This document shows positions 7,101 through 11,160 of a stretch of 11,160 nucleotides of DNA, piece by piece. The stretch covers positions 1 to 11,160 of the forward strand of contig CBDUYR010000071.1 of the NCBI GenBank assembly GCA_965371515.1. Direction: 5' to 3'. The position numbers and the translations under genes are program-made. How positions within the stretch are numbered: the first letter of the stretch is position 1; every line of letters starts with the position of its first letter. This DNA is from an uncultured bacterium. GTDB lineage: Bacteria; Krumholzibacteriota; Krumholzibacteriia; Krumholzibacteriales; Krumholzibacteriaceae. The notes beneath the pieces were generated by a model. It was given only the letters and a program-made list of their open reading frames with translations, made no database searches and had not been told where the DNA came from.

Positions 7101-10059
7101 CCTACTGAACTACACCCTGCTGCTGTGGGGCGCCGGGAAGCCTCTTGATGAATATCTGATCGAAGTCGGCCCCGCTATTCGCACCTGTGAGAGCAAGAAC
7201 CAGGAAGTCACCCTGAATATGTTCCTTCTGTTTGCCCAGTCTGCCCTGAATCTGACAGGACGATCCGGGAGCACGATCAGACTCGAAGGTGAGAGGTTTT
7301 CCGAGGCGGAGATGCTGCCCGGGTTAGAGGGCAACCATCTTCTGCTGACACTCTACCACTTGTTGAGAATGAACCTGTCATATCTGTTCGGTGAAAATAT
7401 CGAGGCTTACAGTCATATTGGCGAGGCGCTGAAATATCGTGGAAGCCTCAATCCGCATTATCTCTATTCCAAGATCTCGTTTTTCGGGGGGCTGTCATGT
7501 ATATCCCTTCTGGCGGAATCCGAGGACGAATCTAACAGGCGTGAAGCGGCGGAGAGACTCGATCTTTTCGAGAGAGAGCTGAAATTATGGGCCGAAACAG
7601 CCCCGATGAATTACGGGCACGAATATGACCTGTTGCTTGCCGAGAAGCACAGTCTGGCAGATGAGCCCTGGCAGGCTGTCGAGTTCTACGGCAGAGCCAT
7701 CAGGGGGGCCGGGGAGAACCGGTTTGTCCATGATGAGGCGCTGGCCAATGAGCTGTTCTCCCGTTTCTGGATGAAAAGCGGCCACGACAGGATCGCGGAG
7801 ATCTTCATGCGCGAGGCACGCAGCCTGTATCATCGATGGGGAGCTGGCGCAAAAGTACATCACCTGGAAAGCAGGTACCCGGAATGGTTCGTTAAGCAGG
7901 CTGCTCCGGTACCGCAGTCTGATGTGTCATCTGCCGGGATTGCGTCGACCAATGAGAACATCAGCCCGATGCGATTGACGCTGGATGGGATTATCAGCAT
8001 CTCTCATTCTCTCTCCTCCGAAACCGATTTCGATAAGCTCCTTAACACGATGATGAGACTCGTGCTCCTGAGCTCGGGGGCGTCAAAATCGGTCCTGTTG
8101 ATGAAGCAGGGACCAGAGTGGCTGGTCCAGGCCCGGGGTGACGCCGTAGAACAGAAATACGACATTCTTGTCAATGAGCCTTTTGAGCCCTCTGATGAAG
8201 AGGAAGATATTGTATCGATCCCCCGCGCGGCTTTCGATTATTGCAGAAGAACGGGGAAGTTGTTCGTAGCGGCAGACGCGAAGCTGGATTCCAGGCTGGC
8301 CATGGACAAGTCGGTCCAGGAGGGCGAGATCCGATCACTGGCATGCATACCCGTGATGAGCCAGGGGAATCTCAGGGCGATGCTCTATTTCGAGAACGAT
8401 AAGATGGCTGATGTCTTTACCCTGGACCGTGTCGAGATCCTCGAGCACCTTGCTTCGCAGTTCGGTATCTCGATGGAGAATGCCCTTCTCTACAAGGACC
8501 TGAGCCGGAAGGTAGATGAGCTCCAGCTGAGCGAAGAGCGGTACGAGCTGGCCGTGGCCGGCTCAGCGGCCGGGATATGGGATTGGAACATCACTACCGA
8601 AAAGATCTTTTATTCCGAGCGATATCTGGAACTCCTCGGCTACTCACCCGGGGAGTTTTCGGATTCGCTGGATGAATTCTGGAGTCGGATACACCCGGAT
8701 GATCATCACGCTACCCAGCTGGCGGTAGAAAGACACCTCGAGGATCGCATCCCGTATCTTGTAGATTATCGTCTCCGGACCAGATCGGGAGACTACCAGT
8801 GGTTTCATGCCCGTGGTCAGGCCTCGTGGGATGATGATGGCAAAGCTGTCAGGATGGCAGGCTCCGTGTCTGACATCACTAAACGCAAGCAGGCGGAAGA
8901 GGAACTGACGAGGAGCGAGATACGATTCAGGCGACTCATGGAGCAATCCCCATTGGCTATGGCGATCTGGAATCCCAAAGGGCAGTTAATCCGTTACAAT
9001 ATGGCCTGGTTGAAGCAGTGGAACATCGATGAGGAAGAAGCGGCTGAGTTAATGGCGAAATATAACTTTATCACGGATCCGCAGATCAGGGAACTTGGAG
9101 TTCTTCCACTGGTCGAGAGAGCTTTTTCCGGTGAGGCGGTTATCCTGCCGCCTGTCTATTACAGAGGAGAGAAGCTGGGCGATAATATTGGCGTAAATCT
9201 TACAGACCCGAATACTAAATGGATCCAGATCCATCTCTATTCCACCAGGGATGATAAGGGAAAGTTAGTTAACGTCATCAGCATGAATATAGACATCACC
9301 GACCTCAAGCGGGCCGAGGAGGAAGCGCGTGAGCATCGGGAAATCCTGGCCCGTGTAGACAGGACCACGAGCATGGGACAGTTGACCGGTTCGATCTCCC
9401 ATGAACTCAACCAGCCGCTCACAGGCATACTGAGCAATGCTCAGGCAGCCGAACTGCTGATCGGCAGGGAAGATCTGGATCGCAATGAACTGGAGGATAT
9501 TATCTCGGCGATCATCGCTGATACGAAGCGGGCCGGAGAAGTGATCAGGAATCTCCGCGAGGTATATCGTGAGCAGAAAGGTGAATTCCAGGATGTTGAC
9601 ATCAATGTTGTCGTACAGGACACGACACAGTTGATGCACAGTGAGTTCATCATGCAGAATATCACGCTCACTCTTGAATATGCTCCTTCTGTACTAGCAG
9701 TGAGTGGGAACAGGATCCAGATTCAGCAGGTCCTGGTCAATATCATGATGAACGGTATGCAGGCGATGAGCGATCTGGATATACCTGAACGCCGGCTGCA
9801 TGTCGAGACTATCCGGGAGGGGAACGAGGCCAAGGTCCTGGTCGAAGATAACGGCCCGGGTATAGAAGCCGACAAGATCGACCGAATCTTCGAGCCGTTC
9901 GCAACATGGAAACCCGGTGGCACCGGGATAGGACTGGCGATATCGAATACGATCGTAAAGGCGCACGGTGGAAAGATGTTCGCGGAGAACAGGCCCGGGG
10001 GTGGAGCCCGCGTAGGATTTGTTATACCCGTGATGAAGGAAGAGAAGACACATGAGTGA
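4132..10059 (+). CDS. Multidomain Ser/Thr protein kinase / AAA (STAND-like) ATPase / GAF / PAS / PAS sensor histidine kinase, 1975 aa, cytoplasmic
   Basis: Kinase motifs VAIKK, IIHLDINSDN (4495-4518), LIDLG, GTPAYISPEQTG and RSDLYSLGVVLYEL. Walker A GYSGIGKT (5101-5124) and Walker B LVLFLDDLQW, then GNPFF and FVHDQIQ.AAY. GAF (about 8020-8500; RSLACIPV...LYFEN). PAS (GIWDWNI...IHPDD...DIT) and a second PAS ending DITDLK. H-box SISHELNQPL (His 9400-9402), N-box QVLVNIMMNG, G1 DNGPGI, F-box IFEPF, G2 GTGIGL. No signal peptide. The start is less certain because no clear SD is present. Confidence 0.95.
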   Translation: MKPAGKDIIYQGNTLISVEILPGYSHPVAIKKPFGPDASRHTAVSLEKEFTMTRALDKVEGVRRALEMKSIERQPVLILEYIEGEALKELIAGDRLDLRSRLEIAVEISRIIEKIHKADIIHLDINSDNIIVSKDLGTVRLIDLGSAFLFDGNTHKKVGPEQALGTPAYISPEQTGKINRALDERSDLYSLGVVLYELISGRLPFASDEARVVIHEHITRVPVSLTEVFPGTPAVINAIVFKLLSKDAEDRYQSAAGVRHDLERCLAQLEPDGSIADYPIGEKDRYRRFRYPQKLYGREAELRQLEDTFDYARREQSSIIFVAGYSGIGKTVLIEELQRPVSEQNGCFIRGKYGQYLDTEPYAAIAQALGMFVSRIMAGPENSFRKCRERIQSAVGSLGKVLTDVIPSLEEVIGRQPEVPGLGGLEAENRFNYVFLSFLSEIATKDDPLVLFLDDLQWIDAASLRLLEVIHAELDQAGLLVIGAYRDNEVDASHALTKLISGKESGEMRLWTMQLDNLNLEDIDTLLSDAMGSGDSVGELGAVIHEKTLGNPFFSRRLLSSLSEEGRITFEPETDRWKLDLEKINNETIADNVASLLAETIAQLPEETRDILNLAACLGNRFDISTLRLVSDLTENEIIRLLDVSLGGQYVLGSEGSYEFVHDQIQKAAYLLKDESGRAVRHLNIGRSLLAGTDGPELEDRIFDIVNQYNRGIDLLTDRVEKTRLADLNLLAGRKSRRASAFSASADYLRKSAALLDEDLWQDDFRLMLDVHNEFIEACYLTIQYGEVEKLFETIVAHVEDNADLRVAYKAMIMSDTAENRLSESISLAERYMDRLGITFDNERESALSVEELYLLPTIEDKEKSAALEILMAITTPIIFSAPERLPSLIFTMLNIISRYGDNAIAASVYAWYATNLCFARKYSEGNLFGQLAVDLLCKYPDSGSSSQVINMHCAWIKHWTASVHDLVEPLKSYHEVGLQEGDFEWCLYCLLNYTLLLWGAGKPLDEYLIEVGPAIRTCESKNQEVTLNMFLLFAQSALNLTGRSGSTIRLEGERFSEAEMLPGLEGNHLLLTLYHLLRMNLSYLFGENIEAYSHIGEALKYRGSLNPHYLYSKISFFGGLSCISLLAESEDESNRREAAERLDLFERELKLWAETAPMNYGHEYDLLLAEKHSLADEPWQAVEFYGRAIRGAGENRFVHDEALANELFSRFWMKSGHDRIAEIFMREARSLYHRWGAGAKVHHLESRYPEWFVKQAAPVPQSDVSSAGIASTNENISPMRLTLDGIISISHSLSSETDFDKLLNTMMRLVLLSSGASKSVLLMKQGPEWLVQARGDAVEQKYDILVNEPFEPSDEEEDIVSIPRAAFDYCRRTGKLFVAADAKLDSRLAMDKSVQEGEIRSLACIPVMSQGNLRAMLYFENDKMADVFTLDRVEILEHLASQFGISMENALLYKDLSRKVDELQLSEERYELAVAGSAAGIWDWNITTEKIFYSERYLELLGYSPGEFSDSLDEFWSRIHPDDHHATQLAVERHLEDRIPYLVDYRLRTRSGDYQWFHARGQASWDDDGKAVRMAGSVSDITKRKQAEEELTRSEIRFRRLMEQSPLAMAIWNPKGQLIRYNMAWLKQWNIDEEEAAELMAKYNFITDPQIRELGVLPLVERAFSGEAVILPPVYYRGEKLGDNIGVNLTDPNTKWIQIHLYSTRDDKGKLVNVISMNIDITDLKRAEEEAREHREILARVDRTTSMGQLTGSISHELNQPLTGILSNAQAAELLIGREDLDRNELEDIISAIIADTKRAGEVIRNLREVYREQKGEFQDVDINVVVQDTTQLMHSEFIMQNITLTLEYAPSVLAVSGNRIQIQQVLVNIMMNGMQAMSDLDIPERRLHVETIREGNEAKVLVEDNGPGIEADKIDRIFEPFATWKPGGTGIGLAISNTIVKAHGGKMFAENRPGGGARVGFVIPVMKEEKTHE

Positions 10060-10681
10060 ACCGACTGTCTATATCATCGATGATGATCCCTCAGCCAGAA
10101 AAGGGCTGACCCGTCTCGTTCGAGCGGCCGGGATAAACGCTGAGTCGTTCGGTTCCGCGAAAGATTTCCTGACCTCCGGGCAACTGGCCGGGCCGGGTTG
10201 CATCGTCCTCGACGTCAGGATGCCCGAGATGTCGGGCCCGGAGCTCCAGGAAAAGCTCGGTGGCGCGGATTACTCCATGCCGATAATATTCCTCTCCGCT
10301 CATGGCGATGTGCATACCACGGCCGAGGCCATGAAGAAGGGCGCGGTCGATTTTCTGACGAAGCCCGTCGACCGGGACGACCTGCTGGAAGCGATCCGCA
10401 TGTCGCTCGAGAGAGACGCGGGGAACCGCATTCACCAGGAGGAGGCCGGATATATCAACGAACACGTCGGGACACTGACTCCGCGCGAGTACGAAGTGAT
10501 GACTTATGTGATCACCGGCATGCTGAACAAGCAGATCGCAGCTGAGCTGGGCATAGCCGAAGACACCGTCAAGATCCACCGGGGACGCATCATGCATAAA
10601 CTCGAGATCGTATCCGTCGCCGAGCTCGTCCGTCTCTGCGAGAAGGCCGGCATTTCCCCCGCTGAGCCTCAAAATCGGTAA
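10052..10681 (+). CDS. FixJ/NodW/StyR-family DNA-binding response regulator (REC + LuxR-type HTH), 209 aa
   Basis: VYIIDDD, phosphoacceptor IVLDVRMP (Asp 10211-10213), IIFLSAHG, DFLTKP, and HTH LTPREYEV...GMLNKQIAAELGIAEDTVKIHRGRIMHKL. The ATGAGTGA 8-nt overlap with the kinase stop suggests translational coupling. Confidence 0.96.
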   Translation: MSEPTVYIIDDDPSARKGLTRLVRAAGINAESFGSAKDFLTSGQLAGPGCIVLDVRMPEMSGPELQEKLGGADYSMPIIFLSAHGDVHTTAEAMKKGAVDFLTKPVDRDDLLEAIRMSLERDAGNRIHQEEAGYINEHVGTLTPREYEVMTYVITGMLNKQIAAELGIAEDTVKIHRGRIMHKLEIVSVAELVRLCEKAGISPAEPQNR

Positions 10682-10724
10682 TTCCGCCCCATCTCTGTAA
10701 CTGTATGAATAACAACAAGATGCT

Positions 10725-10744
10725 TATACCACTAAAGTGGAATA
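10725..10744. promoter_or_regulatory. 20-bp palindrome, candidate transcription-factor binding site
   Basis: TAT-A-CCACT-AA-AGTGG-A-ATA: dyad symmetry with one mismatched pair, in the intergenic gap after the response regulator. Confidence 0.45.
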
Positions 10745-10777
10745 GACGGATTTCTGTCTCGGAACTATTCTTGGAGC

Positions 10778-10924
10778 ATGCGGCTCACAGACACTGTATT
10801 CGTAGTCGACGACGATCCTTCGGCAAGGAACGGATTCGCCCGCCTGCTGCGCACCGCAGGCTACAACGTATGGAGCTTCTCATCAGCGAATGAGTGCCTC
10901 GACGCTCTCGAGCCGCCGAAGTAA
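10778..10924 (+). pseudogene. Truncated receiver-domain gene (48 aa; N-terminal part of a REC domain lacking the phosphoacceptor Asp)
   Basis: Translates as MRLTDTVFVVDDDPSARNGFARLLRTAGYNVWSFSSANECLDALEPPK*, with 21/36 identities to residues 5-40 of the upstream regulator. TAA at 10922-10924 comes before the beta3 Asp. It is below the ORF-track size cut-off. Confidence 0.8.
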
Positions 10925-10981
10925 TCGTGCAGGATTTGCTCAAAGTGCGCTAACACGCCGAACAAAAAAAAGAGACGAGAA

Positions 10982-11160
10982 ATGAAAAACAGCAAGCTGA
11001 CAAAATCAATCGTGGCACTGGTCGCTTTAGCAGTGCTGGCAACGACCACTGTGCCAACTGTCGCTACAGCACAAAGTATGACAGATCCGGATGCAGTTTC
11101 TTTACCTGATAAGCGTTTGCATCGCCGTGCAATAGAAGGTGTGCTTTGGGGGATGCCTAT
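10982..11160 (+). CDS. 5' part of a secreted protein, probably DUF1254/DUF1214 family (runs off the window)
   Basis: Open to the window end: MKNSKLTKSIVALVALAVLATTTVPTVATA|QSMTDPDAVSLPDKRLHRRAIEGVLWGMP. Classic Sec signal peptide; RRAIEGVLWGMP resembles the RAVEAxxWGMP segment I recall from DUF1254-type proteins. Confidence 0.7.
   Translation, partial: MKNSKLTKSIVALVALAVLATTTVPTVATAQSMTDPDAVSLPDKRLHRRAIEGVLWGMP

Noticed and set aside
2583..10672. Numerous - strand and alternate-frame ORFs of 60-218 aa (e.g. 2583..3122, 4126..4782, 5556..6047, 10091..10672, 10198..10545)
   Set aside because: All lie within or almost entirely within well-supported genes and show no independent motifs; they are antisense or frame shadows.
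10705..10893. 62-aa + strand ORF in the track
   Set aside because: Wrong frame; the homologous receiver-like sequence is in the frame starting at 10778.
10778..11160. Stop-codon readthrough fusing the REC fragment to the downstream gene (same frame, single TAA between them)
   Set aside because: Being in frame has a 1-in-3 chance, TAA is not a recoding codon, and the downstream gene has its own signal peptide that would be buried.
1..11160. CRISPR array, tRNA/rRNA, transposase or integrase genes
   Set aside because: No regularly spaced repeats, RNA-gene signatures or recombinase motifs were seen by eye.

Overview
Bacterial (diderm) genomic window with two main modules and several small unannotated elements. 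(1) Cell envelope: a general-diffusion porin-like beta-barrel gene on the - strand (230..1420) is divergent from an operon of two L,D-transpeptidase genes (YkuD_2-type, 1554..2309; YcbB/LdtD-type, 2316..3977). (2) Signalling: a 1975-aa soluble Ser/Thr kinase - AAA/STAND-type ATPase - GAF - PAS - PAS - histidine kinase (4132..10059) overlaps a FixJ/NodW-type response regulator (10052..10681). These are followed by a palindromic candidate operator, a 48-codon truncated receiver-domain ORF absent from the ORF track (10778..10924), and the start of a secreted DUF1254-like protein (10982..>11160). The most unexpected signal is at the left edge. On the - strand, just after the porin stop, a GTTATTC core-like site (213..207) is exactly complementary to a GAATAAC (68..62) that opens an attC-like R''-N5-L'' motif running off the window. 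The pair encloses an AT-rich, ORF-less segment with promoter-like hexamers, which suggests a non-coding integron-type cassette. All calls come from reading motifs by eye; no database searches were run.
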